64,000 nucleotides of DNA from Nostoc sp. DedSLP01 (GTDB lineage: Bacteria; Cyanobacteriota; Cyanobacteriia; Cyanobacteriales; Nostocaceae). The DNA lies in contig JAVRCJ020000001.1 of the NCBI GenBank assembly GCA_034530875.2, positions 320,001-384,000 on the forward strand, written 5' to 3'. Positions within the stretch are counted from its first letter, which is position 1. Each line of letters opens with the position of its first letter. Made by a program: the position numbers and the translations under genes. Positions 48,407-59,123 of the stretch are shown here, piece by piece. The notes under the pieces are model-generated. The model made no database searches. It saw only the letters and a program-made list of their open reading frames with translations, and was not told the DNA's origin.

Positions 48407-50254
48407 ATGCTCAAGACAAGTTACGACTTTGACCAGGCTATCTTACCAGCAGGCTCTTCATTAAAGGTTAATATTCTGCTACGTTTTCGTGCTGACATAG
48501 CTGAATCTTCCCGACGTAACCTGAATCTTTCCTTAGTAATTGACCGTTCAGGCTCTATGGCAGGCGCTCCTTTGCATCATGCGCTCAGAGCCGCTGAATC
48601 TGTGGTGGATCGACTTGAGCCAGACGATATTCTCTCAGTGGTTGTTTACGACGATGAGGTGGACACAGTTATAGCGCCTCAGCCTGTGAAAGATAAAGCT
48701 GCACTCAAGAATTCTATTAAAAAAGTTAGAGCAGGCGGTATTACTAACTTATCTGGCGGCTGGCTCAAAGGCTGCGAACATGTCAAAAACCAACTCGATC
48801 CGCAAAAAATTAACCGCGTTCTGTTGCTTACCGACGGTCATGTCAATATGGGCATTCAAGACCCGAAAATACTCACAACGACATCAGCACAAAAAGCTGA
48901 GGAAGGCATTACTACAACTACCTTGGGTTTCGACCAAGGTTTCAATGAAGACTTGCTCATCGGTATGGCAAGGGCTGCTAATGGGAATTTCTACTTCATC
49001 CAGAGCATCGATGAAGCAACTGAAGTCTTTAGTATTGAGCTAGATAGTCTTAGAGCAGTAGTAGGTCAGAATCTCAACTTAACACTTGAGTTGGCTCCTG
49101 GTGTCAGCCTCATAGATACCCTAAGTTTGGCTAAAGTCAGCCAGAATAAAACCGATCAAACTGCGATCGCCTTGGGAGAACTTTACGAAGGTGAAGACAA
49201 ACTTTTAGGGTTGAGTCTAGAGATATCCTCTGCTCAAGTTGGCGAATTACCTGTGATGAAACTGCATTACAGTGCTGATGTTGTGCAAAATGATGTCATT
49301 CAAAGTCTGTCCGGCACAGCAGATGTCGTCGCCAAAGTCGGCACCATTGAAGAAGCAGCTCTTGCCTCTTCGAGCCATATCATCCTCGAACTCAGCCGCC
49401 TCACCATCGCCAAAGCTAAAGAAACAGCCCTCGATTTAGCCGAACATGGCAAACATGAAGAAGCCGAGCAAATCCTCCGGGCGCTAGTCAAAGATTTGCG
49501 CGATAAAGGATTGAATGAGAATTTTGAAATTGCTGAAGAGATAGATCAGCTAGAGTATTTTGCAGGTCGCATCGCCCAAAAAGCTTTGGGAAATGCCGGA
49601 CGTAAGGAACTGCGGGATCAGAGCTTCCAGACGATGACGCGCAATCGCAGCGATTTAGTGGGTCGAGGTGTTACGGCTGGCGATGAAGTTTATGCGATGC
49701 CTGTTGTCAATGAAGTCGGTTCGGGTGTAGAGCTACACTGCGTGCGTGAAGGCGGTAAACTCCGAATCAAAGTCATCTCTGATGGCTACGATTTAACCAA
49801 GAATGTGCAGTTTCCCAGAGCGATCCGTGCTGAGGGCGCACGCTATGTAGTTGAAGGGTTGGAACTTTCCAGCGATGGCAGTTTCTACCGCGTGCGCGGT
49901 AACATCACCCGTCTGGCTCGACCTGGTGAAGCAGATATCTTTGTTGCCCCCACACAATCGAGGTCATTTAGCAGTGGCAAAGCGTCCAAAGGCCCTGCTA
50001 GTGCTGCCGACTTACCCACAACTGATACTATAAAAGATGGCGTTCTAGTCCAGTGCGTTAAAGATGGTAGCAAGCTCCGCGCTAGAGTAGTGTCTGACGG
50101 ATACGAACCGAATTGGAACATGCGTTTTCCGCGGTCAGTTCGTGAAGAAGGAATGCTTTACGTTGTCGATGAAATTAAAATCGCGCCTGATGGCAAGTCG
50201 TATATTGCCTGTGGTGAAATTAAGCGATTTGTGCAACCCACTATCGCTAATTGA
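48407..50254 (+). CDS. VWA domain protein with a duplicated C-terminal beta-rich domain
   Basis: MIDAS motifs DRSGSM, TNLSGG and LLTDG. Two copies of CV(R/K)(E/D)G.KLR..V.SDGY...N..FPR..R.EG..YVV. Confidence 0.85.
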   Translation: MLKTSYDFDQAILPAGSSLKVNILLRFRADIAESSRRNLNLSLVIDRSGSMAGAPLHHALRAAESVVDRLEPDDILSVVVYDDEVDTVIAPQPVKDKAALKNSIKKVRAGGITNLSGGWLKGCEHVKNQLDPQKINRVLLLTDGHVNMGIQDPKILTTTSAQKAEEGITTTTLGFDQGFNEDLLIGMARAANGNFYFIQSIDEATEVFSIELDSLRAVVGQNLNLTLELAPGVSLIDTLSLAKVSQNKTDQTAIALGELYEGEDKLLGLSLEISSAQVGELPVMKLHYSADVVQNDVIQSLSGTADVVAKVGTIEEAALASSSHIILELSRLTIAKAKETALDLAEHGKHEEAEQILRALVKDLRDKGLNENFEIAEEIDQLEYFAGRIAQKALGNAGRKELRDQSFQTMTRNRSDLVGRGVTAGDEVYAMPVVNEVGSGVELHCVREGGKLRIKVISDGYDLTKNVQFPRAIRAEGARYVVEGLELSSDGSFYRVRGNITRLARPGEADIFVAPTQSRSFSSGKASKGPASAADLPTTDTIKDGVLVQCVKDGSKLRARVVSDGYEPNWNMRFPRSVREEGMLYVVDEIKIAPDGKSYIACGEIKRFVQPTIAN

Positions 50255-50320
50255 GTTGAAGTTAAGAGATTGTGATTAGTTGAACTTTGCCCTCTAAGCA
50301 ACAGCTGAGGGCAGAGTAAT

Positions 50321-51556
50321 TCATAATTGGTTGAAAAGTAAAAACCCTGTTTGAAATAATCCGACAACAAAGCCTAAAATACCACCTAAAGTTACAATTG
50401 CCTGCAATTCATTTTTGACAATTCCTTCAATAGCATCTTCCAAATCCGCAGGAGAAGTAGATTTTACACGGTCAACAATCACTTGATCTATAGACAATAT
50501 TGGAATTACTTGTGCCACAATTGCCTCTAAATCTTTTTCTAAATACTTCTCTAAAATTAAAGCCAATTCTTGACTCATTACTTCTAAAGAAGTATTGACA
50601 ACAGGCGAAGTACTTAGGCGGTTTAATAATACTACAGCAATGTTCTCCCAATCCACAGAATCAGTTAACCCTTGTAGTAAATCGCTGCCACTTGTTTGCA
50701 GGTAATGACGGACACTTTCACGCGTGGTCTTTCGTAGTTGACGTACCGTTCCAATAGGCAAGTTTTGTAATGATAAATTTTGCAGTAATTTGCGAATGCG
50801 ATCGCGCATTTGCAAATCATGAGTTAATTCCTGCAACCGGGCATTAGTAGCCTCTTTTTCATCTAAACAAAAAGTCCTAAGTCGCGTCAGAGTATTACGC
50901 AAACCAAACAAATTTGCGACTACCCAGTAAGTACCGCTGGTTTTTTCTCGAAAGCCTTCATCAATAATTTGAATTGTGCGATCGGTCAAAAAATCAACTA
51001 TTGCTTGTCGCAATACATCTGGCGGTAAAACCACTTGCAACAACCAATCAGCAAGCCGCGTAGCTTGTTCTTCCGTGAGTTGAAATTCCAATAATATCTG
51101 GTCAAAAATTTGATTGATCTGCGATTCTAAAAAGTCTTCTCGCCGTGCCAAAACCTTCAGTAGTCTTGGCAACGATTCTCCTAGTAAATCCCGCAGAATT
51201 CCGGCTACAATTTTAGCACTTTTTTGATTTTTATCTGTTTTGATTTGTTCGATCGCCAGCCGCAATAACCAAAGAATTGCTCCTTGCACGCGCTCTGTTT
51301 GTAACAAACGTCGTGCCAGATTTTGCAATTCTTCTGGCGTTAGTAACGACCCCATGATTGTGTTGGAAATATTCAAAGCCAGACGTTCCTGGTTGCGGGG
51401 AATTAATCCAGGGGTGAAGGGTACTCTTCGTCCAGCAATGTAAATTGCTCGGTAGGGACGGAATAACATTTTTATGGCTATATCATTTGTAAAATAGCCA
51501 ATAATTCCACCCAGTACAGGGGGAGAAACATAAAGCCAAAGATGAGACCAGTCCAA
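50321..51556 (-). CDS. DUF445 family protein
   Basis: [19 protein letters not shown] and [13 protein letters not shown] motifs. Confidence 0.9.
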   Translation of the reverse strand: MDWSHLWLYVSPPVLGGIIGYFTNDIAIKMLFRPYRAIYIAGRRVPFTPGLIPRNQERLALNISNTIMGSLLTPEELQNLARRLLQTERVQGAILWLLRLAIEQIKTDKNQKSAKIVAGILRDLLGESLPRLLKVLARREDFLESQINQIFDQILLEFQLTEEQATRLADWLLQVVLPPDVLRQAIVDFLTDRTIQIIDEGFREKTSGTYWVVANLFGLRNTLTRLRTFCLDEKEATNARLQELTHDLQMRDRIRKLLQNLSLQNLPIGTVRQLRKTTRESVRHYLQTSGSDLLQGLTDSVDWENIAVVLLNRLSTSPVVNTSLEVMSQELALILEKYLEKDLEAIVAQVIPILSIDQVIVDRVKSTSPADLEDAIEGIVKNELQAIVTLGGILGFVVGLFQTGFLLFNQL

Positions 51557-51690
51557 GGGAAGAATAAAAAAAGTTAAGAGTTGGGAGGAGGAGTTAGAAG
51601 TTAGGAGTTAAGAGTTAGGAGTTAAGAATGATAAGTTCTCAATGAGAATTTATTACTACTCATAATTCATAACTTTTAATTCCTAACTCC

Positions 51691-52386
51691 TCACTGATTT
51701 TTGTTGACTACTAGCACTCCCATCATACCGTTCGCAATGGGGTAGTGTGTGGCAACAGCAAAACCAACTTCATAAGCTAACTCTACTTGCTTTTTGCCAA
51801 TAGGAAACCGATCTAAGCTGGGACTGATGTAAGCATATTCTTCTTTTAAGCCCAAATAATCGGCAACTGGCACCACGAAATTGTCTAAATACCACTGTTG
51901 AAAGCTGCGTAACTGATGGTTACTCGGACGATGAAAGTCTAAAATTGCAGCTTTAGCACCAGGCTTCAGCACCCGGTGTAATTCCTGCAAACTGCGGGGA
52001 ATATCTTTAACATTTCTTAAACCATAGCCCATTGTTGCGGCATCAAATTGGTTATCGTCGAAAGGCAAATTTAGCACGTCGGCTTCTACCCAAGAAATCG
52101 CAGGTTGGGGGTACTGCTGTTGCGAACGTTGCTTGGCAGTTTCTAGCAAGTTTGAAGAAAAGTCTACTCCGTACACCCGTCCTGTTACTCCCACACGCCG
52201 TGCTAAACGTAAAGCCAAATCGCCACTACCGCAACACAAGTCTAGTGCAGTATCACCCGGTTTAGCAGCACTCCATTTGACTGCCATTTCTTTCCATATT
52301 CGGTGTTGTCCTAGACTCAACCAATCGTTTAACTGGTCATAAACTGGAGCAATGCGGTTAAAAATGGATTGAATATCGTTAGTCAT
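51691..52386 (-). CDS. menG: Demethylphylloquinol/menaquinone methyltransferase (UbiE/MenG)
   Basis: IAPVYDQLNDWLSLGQHRIWK, DLCCGSGD and YGLRNV motifs. Confidence 0.88.
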   Translation of the reverse strand: MTNDIQSIFNRIAPVYDQLNDWLSLGQHRIWKEMAVKWSAAKPGDTALDLCCGSGDLALRLARRVGVTGRVYGVDFSSNLLETAKQRSQQQYPQPAISWVEADVLNLPFDDNQFDAATMGYGLRNVKDIPRSLQELHRVLKPGAKAAILDFHRPSNHQLRSFQQWYLDNFVVPVADYLGLKEEYAYISPSLDRFPIGKKQVELAYEVGFAVATHYPIANGMMGVLVVNKNQ

Positions 52387-52445
52387 TAGTTGTTAGTCAT
52401 TAGTCATTGGTCGTTAGTCATTAGTCATTGGTTATTTACCAAGGA

Positions 52446-52708
52446 CAAAGCGCAAAGTATGAGCCGAGGTTTCCTCCGCAGACACCCGTAGACGCGTTCG
52501 CGGAGCGTCTCGTAGAGAAGCGGCTTGCCGTAGGCTAGGGTGGCTTGTCGTTAGACATCATAACTTTGTAAGAGACCACAAAGCGCAAAGTCGAGCCACT
52601 GCGTTCCTGTCGCCCTGCGTCGGAAAGCAAGTGGCGTTGAGCGCCGGCTTCCGGCGTTAGCGTAGCGGTAGCGAGTCCGCGAGCGTCACAGAACTTTGTA
52701 AGAGACGA
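52446..52708. repeat. Two tandem composite dispersed repeats, each with nested inserts, within an STRR tract
   Basis: ACAAAGCGCAAAGT...AACTTTGTAAGAGAC twice, with different GC-rich palindromic interiors. Confidence 0.7.
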
Positions 52709-52725
52709 CAAATGACTAATGACAA

Positions 52726-53682
52726 CTAGGCAATGGTTGGATGGCAGCGACTACTAGTCAAAGCGATCGCTACGAGTTGCGCTGATAAATCAATCAGCTT
52801 TAATTCATCTTCTCGCAAAATGCACGGTTGTTTCCACTGTAGGGATAATACGCCCAATAGTCGATCGCGGTAGCTAATCGGCATCGCTAAATGTGCTTGT
52901 ACGCCACTGTTTTGGTAGTGAGTAGCTTCTTTTAACTTAGTATCTTTCAGAACATTAAAGGAAACTTGGATTTTCCCTGTGGCGATCGCTTCTTGTATCA
53001 GTGGATCTTGGGAAAGCCAGTTTTCTATTGCACCTGTATCGCTGTAACTTCCTTGAGTTTCCAGCAGAGTATTTCCATTTATAAGCTGTATAATACAGGA
53101 CTGAGTACCAAAAGTTTCCGCAAAAGCTCTAGCGATCGGGCTAAGAGTTTCTTCTAAGCTAGAAGCTGCTTGAGTTACCTGCACCAAAACGCTCAACAGC
53201 GCCATTTGAGCATGAGCGCGGCGTAATTCTTCTGTACGTTGCTTGAGCAAGTCGTAGGTTTCTGCTGCTCTTTGGACTACCGCCTTTAGCTCCCCTGGAT
53301 CCCAAGGCTTAGTAATATATTTGTAGACTTGTCCGGCATTAATCGCCTCTACTAAGTCTTCAATATCAGTAAATCCCGTGAGAATTATCCTCACTGTATC
53401 CGGAAACTGAGGTACAGTCTTGCTCAGGAACTCAGTTCCTTTCATTTCTGGCATCCGTTGGTCGGAGATAATTACAGCTACCTCTCCTTCTGCTGCCAAA
53501 ACTTGTAGGGCATTTACCCCACTATCAGCCTTCAAAACATTAAAGTCGCGTCGAAAAGTGCGATAAAGCAGATCGAGGTTATCTGGCTCATCATCAACTA
53601 CGAGAATTTTTAGCTTCTTTGGTCTTTCGAGAGTCATCACTTGATACTGGATTTTATCTATTTCGAGACTAGGATTATCCAT
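52726..53682 (-). CDS. Response regulator receiver plus GAF domain protein
   Basis: ILVVDDEPD, ISDQRMP and YITKPW motifs. C-terminal GAF (AMPISYRDRLLGVLSLQ). Confidence 0.9.
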   Translation of the reverse strand: MDNPSLEIDKIQYQVMTLERPKKLKILVVDDEPDNLDLLYRTFRRDFNVLKADSGVNALQVLAAEGEVAVIISDQRMPEMKGTEFLSKTVPQFPDTVRIILTGFTDIEDLVEAINAGQVYKYITKPWDPGELKAVVQRAAETYDLLKQRTEELRRAHAQMALLSVLVQVTQAASSLEETLSPIARAFAETFGTQSCIIQLINGNTLLETQGSYSDTGAIENWLSQDPLIQEAIATGKIQVSFNVLKDTKLKEATHYQNSGVQAHLAMPISYRDRLLGVLSLQWKQPCILREDELKLIDLSAQLVAIALTSSRCHPTIA

Positions 53683-53964
53683 AAGATATTTCCCTTAAAT
53701 ATTTGATTATCTTGTTATATTCCATACCAAGCTTAATTGAGAATAGCTGTATTCTCTCATGGGTTTTTACGGAGTTAAATCATATTTTTAGACACATTTA
53801 ATTCCTGGGGACGAAAAAGATTTTTTGTTGAAAAATCTTAGCGATTTAGCTGAAGTTACTACAAATGAACTCAACGCAGGAGCTGTGGGCAGTCGATCGA
53901 TTAGAATAAAACTTGCTCATGAGGTATTAATCAACCTCTCAAGTTGAAGCTCACACACTGATTT

Positions 53965-55050
53965 ATGACCGATCTACCACCCAACACTCAGAACACCGAA
54001 AATACTAACAGCGATGTAGCGCAAGAGTTACTGCGAAAATTGAGGCAAAAGCAGGGCAATTGGGTGGAATGGGGAAACGCCATCGCCTCGTTGCAAAAAG
54101 CTGGCTACAATCCCCAAGAAATTTTTGAAGCTACTGGATTTGAACCGATTCAACAAAACCAGGTAATTGTTGGTTCTCAAGTTTACAATTCTTTAGAAAA
54201 ATTTGAAGTTTCGGAAGCGGTGCGATCGCACTACAGCACGCGTGGTAGTGATATTTTATATGAGTTACGCTTGCTGACTCAAGAAGAACGCGCCGCCGCC
54301 GCAGAACTGATCTTCATCCACAAACTCGATCCAGATGAAGCGCGGGAAGTTGCCAAGGCAATGAAAGAATTTTCTTATTTGCGTACTTTACCAGAAGGAT
54401 TTTCTCGACATCCTGGGGATGCAGTTGCTCACCAAGCTTGGAAATTAGCACGGCAAAACTCAGATTTACAGGAGCGATCGCGCTTAATTGCCAAAGGTTT
54501 GCGTTTTGCTCACACGCCAACAGCCAGGAAACAAATCGAACAATTATTAACTGATTTCACTACCGTTCCCAAGCGTCCGGCTCCAATTTTACCTTTTTAC
54601 CGCTTGGAATCTGAGGAACAATTGCCTCGAATTGTGCCACTGGTAGGCGAGTTGCCATTATCACCACAGGATTTAAAAGCTGTACCCGTAATTACAGAAA
54701 TTGAACCATTTCGCATAGTCAAGTTTGCCGGAGAGCAAGCTTGGGTGTCTTTACCAGGTTGGCAAGTACTATTGGCAGCCGAAGATCCAGTAGCGATTTT
54801 AGCTTCTGGCGATCGCTTGCCCAAGCAAAACCAAGGTCACGTAGAATCAGTGTTAATAGTAGTAGATCGCGCCCAACGCCAATGGGACGCTTCCAACTAT
54901 TTTGTAGTTGATAACGGTGGTGAATTAGATTTTCAATGGTTTGAAACTGAGCCAGAAATTCCTTTATTAGGACAAATCATTATTATTGTGCGTCCTAAGA
55001 AAATTCTAGATGAAGAAATAATTAAAGATTCATGGCAAATTGACGAATAA
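53965..55050 (+). CDS. raf1: Rubisco accumulation factor 1
   Basis: LRQKQGNWVEWG, IFEATGFEPIQQNQVIV, GSDILYELR and IVRPKKILDE motifs. Confidence 0.93.
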   Translation: MTDLPPNTQNTENTNSDVAQELLRKLRQKQGNWVEWGNAIASLQKAGYNPQEIFEATGFEPIQQNQVIVGSQVYNSLEKFEVSEAVRSHYSTRGSDILYELRLLTQEERAAAAELIFIHKLDPDEAREVAKAMKEFSYLRTLPEGFSRHPGDAVAHQAWKLARQNSDLQERSRLIAKGLRFAHTPTARKQIEQLLTDFTTVPKRPAPILPFYRLESEEQLPRIVPLVGELPLSPQDLKAVPVITEIEPFRIVKFAGEQAWVSLPGWQVLLAAEDPVAILASGDRLPKQNQGHVESVLIVVDRAQRQWDASNYFVVDNGGELDFQWFETEPEIPLLGQIIIIVRPKKILDEEIIKDSWQIDE

Positions 55051-55072
55051 ATTCAATTGTAGATTTTGTCAA

Positions 55073-55110
55073 AAGTCCGAGCGAGAAATCCTTCGCTCGG
55101 ACTTCTCTTT
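55073..55110 (+). terminator. Terminator of raf1
   Basis: 12-bp stem AAGTCCGAGCGA...TCGCTCGGACTT followed by CTCTTT. Confidence 0.7.
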
Positions 55111-55635
55111 GCCTCTGGTATGTTTGTGTGTCAGCCTTGGCGATTCGATCAATACGATTGAGTTGAGGATAATTCTAGAGACTTGGGTTTCCTTCTTCCA
55201 ACCTCACTTGTTTTGGGCCAGTAAACCCGTCCAAAGCCTTAGCTCCCCAATATAGGTAGATTAAACTTTTTGACTCTAACTTCAGCGTATCGTGTTATAA
55301 GTCTTCAACCTAATATGAGATTACATCTTTTAATATTTCTCTGCCTCTGCAACTAATCTTCATAAATCAAATCATCTTGCTATAACTAAATAAAATTATT
55401 AAAAAAATAGGTACTTTTTCTATAAATTTATTTTTTCTGGTATGTTTTTCTCTGACAACTACAAGTTAATTGATTGCAGAAAAAATTAAGTTTTAATTTT
55501 TTCTATTGAATTTCATAACAAAACAGGCTTCATTGATTTACAGCTAACAGAAATGTCTCAAACATTCTGTAGCAGAACTACCAGCTCGTAATATTCAGTT
55601 TCTCATTTGTATCTGAATTAAGGAGTTTTCTCAAA

Positions 55636-56409
55636 ATGTCTCTCACGAAACGTTGCTTAGCCGAATTTATTGGTACATTTTGGCTTGTTTTAGGTGGCTG
55701 TGGTAGTGCTGTTCTAGCTGCCGCCTACACAGCAGATGCTGCAAAAATCAGCGAGAATACTTCTTTCCCATTGGGTATTGGATTAGTAGGTGTATCCCTG
55801 GCATTTGGGCTGACTGTCCTTACAGGAGCTTATGCTTTGGGCCATATTTCTGGCGGTCATTTCAACCCAGCTGTTTCGTTTGGACTGTGGGCAGGTAAGC
55901 GTTTTCCGGGGTCTGACTTACTACCTTACATCGTCTCCCAAGTGGTCGGCGCAGCTGTTGCTGCGGGTATTATATACCTGATTGCTAGCGGCAAAACTGG
56001 ATTTACGCTGAGTGGCTCTAACCCACTGGCTACGAACGGCTTTGGTACTCATTCTCCTGGTGGTTATACGCTGTTTGCTTGCTTCATCACTGAAGTTGTG
56101 ATGACTTTCATGTTTCTATTGATTATTCTGGGTGTGACTGATAGCCGCGCTCCTAAAGGATTTGCACCATTAGCAATTGGTTTTGGACTCACCTTGATTC
56201 ACCTAATTAGCATTCCTGTAACTAATACCTCGGTTAATCCTGCCCGTAGTACTGGAGTTGCTCTGTTTGCAGGTGTAGAACTGTTTTCGCAAGTCTGGCT
56301 GTTCTGGTTAGCTCCTATCTTGGGTGCTATTTTAGCAGGATGGTTATATGCAGCTGTCTTTAGTGAATCACCTGTGCGAGAACAGCAAAATATTGAAGAA
56401 CTAGTCTAG
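55636..56409 (+). CDS. aqpZ: Aquaporin Z
   Basis: [10 protein letters not shown] and TSVNPARS motifs. AAGGAG RBS. Confidence 0.96.
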   Translation: MSLTKRCLAEFIGTFWLVLGGCGSAVLAAAYTADAAKISENTSFPLGIGLVGVSLAFGLTVLTGAYALGHISGGHFNPAVSFGLWAGKRFPGSDLLPYIVSQVVGAAVAAGIIYLIASGKTGFTLSGSNPLATNGFGTHSPGGYTLFACFITEVVMTFMFLLIILGVTDSRAPKGFAPLAIGFGLTLIHLISIPVTNTSVNPARSTGVALFAGVELFSQVWLFWLAPILGAILAGWLYAAVFSESPVREQQNIEELV

Positions 56410-56623
56410 TCTAAAAGTGTTTTTTGATTGTACAAGTTAGCTCGGAATTTCTGGTTTTTATAGCCATAATTAATCTTCAAGTGAAGCTAAATAGGTGTAA
56501 CATGCCGTAGGTATCGCTTGAAGTTTTGTTTTTAGATTTCTTAACAATCGCCTAACTGAACAAATTAGTCGAGCATTAATTTGTTTAGTTAAGCGATTGA
56601 GAAAGGTCTTGTATAATAAAAGC

Positions 56624-56965
56624 ATGTTTAATAACCGTAATAACTTGCAAAATAGCCAAACTGGTGTTATCTACAGACATGGCGACGTTCTCCTCAGACG
56701 TATTGATACCTTACCAGTTAATGCTCAAAAGCATGTAGGTGCAACTCTGGCTTATGGTGAACTCACAGGGCACAGCCATCGTATTCAGCAAGCTGATGCT
56801 GTTCAGTTGTGGGTAAATGGTAGCGAGCTTTTTCTTGAGGTTAAAGAACCAACTGCTACTTTAGTTCACGAAGAACACCGGCCGATTGAATTAACCAAAG
56901 GGTTTTACCGCGTCTGGAGACAACGTGAATACCGCCCTGAGGCTTACGTAGAGGTCGCGGACTAA
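56624..56965 (+). CDS. Conserved His-rich small protein, partner of DUF6745
   Basis: YRHGDV, LAYGELTGHSH, LVHEEH and YRVWRQREY motifs. TAATG coupling to the next gene. Confidence 0.8.
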   Translation: MFNNRNNLQNSQTGVIYRHGDVLLRRIDTLPVNAQKHVGATLAYGELTGHSHRIQQADAVQLWVNGSELFLEVKEPTATLVHEEHRPIELTKGFYRVWRQREYRPEAYVEVAD

Positions 56966-57663
56966 TGCTGAAAATAATGTCAAATGGGCGCGTGCCAAAT
57001 AAGCCAGTTCAGCAACGCCCAAAAGAAACCCACGAGCCTGTATCGGCTGAACGTGCTAGAAAACTCATTCTTGAAAATCGCGCATGGGATGGGATGCGCG
57101 TTTTAGGTCATCTAGATTTAAGCGGTGCGTCGCAACTTTACAATTTACCTGAAAATCTCACCTGTGAAAGTCTCGATATTAGCGATTGCACGAACCTCAC
57201 GGCTCTTTCTACAGGTCTTCACGTTACTCATTGGATTGAGCTAGCTGGGAGTGGCATTACGAGTCTACCTGAAGGGCACGGTTTTGTTTTACGCTGGCGA
57301 GGCGTCCAAGTCAGCGATGCCATTGCTTTTGGATCGGACTCCCTAACCGGGCAAGATATTCTCAGTATGGAGAATGTTGAGTTACGCCGCGTAGCGATCG
57401 AACGTTTGGGGTACGAAACATTTTTGCAGCAAGTAGGAGGATTAGTCCGTCATCGGGATAAAGATGCTGGTGGAGAACGTCAACTTATCTGCATTCCTTT
57501 TGAAGATGACGAGCCGTTTATGGTTTTAAAAGTAACTTGTCCATCTACAAGACATATTCATATCCTGCGCGTTCCCCCATATATGCAAACTTGCCATCAA
57601 GCAGCTGCCTGGATTGCAGGTTTTGACAATCCAAATGATTATCATCCCGCGATCGAAGCTTAA
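56965..57663 (+). CDS. DUF6745-like protein with short LRR-like repeats
   Basis: LDLSG...LPENL..LDISDC...LP repeats, ENVELRRVAIERLGYE and LKVTCPSTRHIHILRVPP. Confidence 0.8.
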   Translation: MLKIMSNGRVPNKPVQQRPKETHEPVSAERARKLILENRAWDGMRVLGHLDLSGASQLYNLPENLTCESLDISDCTNLTALSTGLHVTHWIELAGSGITSLPEGHGFVLRWRGVQVSDAIAFGSDSLTGQDILSMENVELRRVAIERLGYETFLQQVGGLVRHRDKDAGGERQLICIPFEDDEPFMVLKVTCPSTRHIHILRVPPYMQTCHQAAAWIAGFDNPNDYHPAIEA

Positions 57664-57687
57664 TACAACAGAATAATTTTTTGCTTA

Positions 57688-57771
57688 TGGGCAGGAGGAG
57701 AATCGAACTCCTATGACCGCAAGGTCGCCACATTTTGAGTGTGGTGCGTCTACCAGTTTCGCCACCCGCCC
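57688..57771 (-). tRNA. trnL: tRNA-Leu (CAA)
   Basis: GGGCGGGTGGCGAAACTGGTAGACGCACCACACTCAAAATGTGGCGACCTTGCGGTCATAGGAGTTCGATTCTCCTCCTGCCCA folds as a cloverleaf with a long variable arm. CCA is not encoded. Confidence 0.97.
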
Positions 57772-57939
57772 TTATATTCAACTTCACTATTATAACCTAT
57801 TTTGCGATTTTGCAACAACAAATTTCAAGATTTATCTCAAAGTTTGCTTGATTAATAGCTGCTACATCAAATGTCAGGGTTTGGCAGAACGATAACGTAC
57901 TCAAAGCTTATCTTGTCTTGATTTGGCGAATTTCGCTGC

Positions 57940-59061
57940 TTAAAGATGTGGAAACATTAATAAACTACGATCGATATCCTGCAAGTTAGCACAGCCGCTA
58001 AGTGCCATTGCCAGACTTAACTCTTCTTGTAAAAGTGAGATGACACGGGATACGCCGGCTTGTCCTGCAATCGCTAGTCCCCACAAAATAGGTCTGCCGA
58101 TGAGTACTCCTTTTGCCCCTAATGCCAGAGCTTTGAGAATATCTGTACCCCTACGGATACCTCCATCCAACAGTACTTCTAGCCTACCATTGACTGCTGG
58201 TACTATTTCAGCTAAGGCATCTAAAGAAGCGATCGCACCGTCGAGTTGTCTGCCTCCATGATTGGAAACAATAATTGCTTTGGCTCCATATTCTACAGCC
58301 CGCAATGCATCATCGGAGCGTAAAATTCCTTTGAGTATTAAGGGTAGTGGAGATATGGACTGCAACCATTCCAAGTCCTTCCAAGTTACTGCTGGATTTA
58401 GCTGTTGGGCAAAATAAGTAAACAACCCAGATTCGCCTTTTTCATGGGAAATATCTAACCCTGATATAGTTGCAAGATTAGCTAGATGTAGGTCTAGGGG
58501 TAAAGCAAATTCATTACGTCTATCTTTTTCGCGCTGTCCGAGAACTGGTGCATCTACAGTGAGACAAAGTGCTTTATAGCCTGCTTTATAGGCTTTTTCT
58601 ACTAAAGCACGAGTCAATCCTCGGTCTTTGTGGATGTAAAGCTGGAACCAGCGCAGGGAATCAGGAAATTGTTCGCAGGCACTTGCTACTTCTTCAATGC
58701 TTTTTGTTGCCATTGTACTTAACACCATACCCACACCAGCTGATGCCGCAGCTAAGGCGGTGGCAATTTCTCCATCAGGATGAGCCAGACATTGAAAAGC
58801 CATCGGTGCAATCAATAAAGGTAATTGCAGGGGTTGTCCTAAAATGGAGGTATTGAGATGGCGATCGCTAACATCGATTAATACCCGAGGTCGTAGCTTG
58901 ATACGCTCAAAAGCAATACGATTGTCTCGCAACGTAATTTCATCCCAAGCGCCACTACTGTAGTAATCAAGGGCCATTTGTGATAGATACTGTGGTGCGA
59001 GTTTTTCGTACTCAAACAGGTTAATGGGTTGCAAGCGATCGTTGTTGGGTACAACTGTCAT
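57940..59061 (-). CDS. FMN-dependent alpha-hydroxy acid oxidase (lactate/glycolate oxidase family)
   Basis: IAPMAFQ, WFQLY, VSNHGGRQLD and DGGIRRGTD motifs. Confidence 0.95.
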   Translation of the reverse strand: MTVVPNNDRLQPINLFEYEKLAPQYLSQMALDYYSSGAWDEITLRDNRIAFERIKLRPRVLIDVSDRHLNTSILGQPLQLPLLIAPMAFQCLAHPDGEIATALAAASAGVGMVLSTMATKSIEEVASACEQFPDSLRWFQLYIHKDRGLTRALVEKAYKAGYKALCLTVDAPVLGQREKDRRNEFALPLDLHLANLATISGLDISHEKGESGLFTYFAQQLNPAVTWKDLEWLQSISPLPLILKGILRSDDALRAVEYGAKAIIVSNHGGRQLDGAIASLDALAEIVPAVNGRLEVLLDGGIRRGTDILKALALGAKGVLIGRPILWGLAIAGQAGVSRVISLLQEELSLAMALSGCANLQDIDRSLLMFPHL

Positions 59062-59123
59062 GGTAGCGGTTATGAGTTAAATGATGGGATATTTTTAATC
59101 TCACCAGAGTTATCATATATTCC

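Noticed and set aside
55569..55581. NtcA site upstream of aqpZ
   Set aside because: The spacing is GTA-N7-TAC, not the canonical N8.
55100..57771. Integrative element or prophage at tRNA-Leu
   Set aside because: There is no integrase, and I found no duplicate of the tRNA 3' end (att site) by eye.
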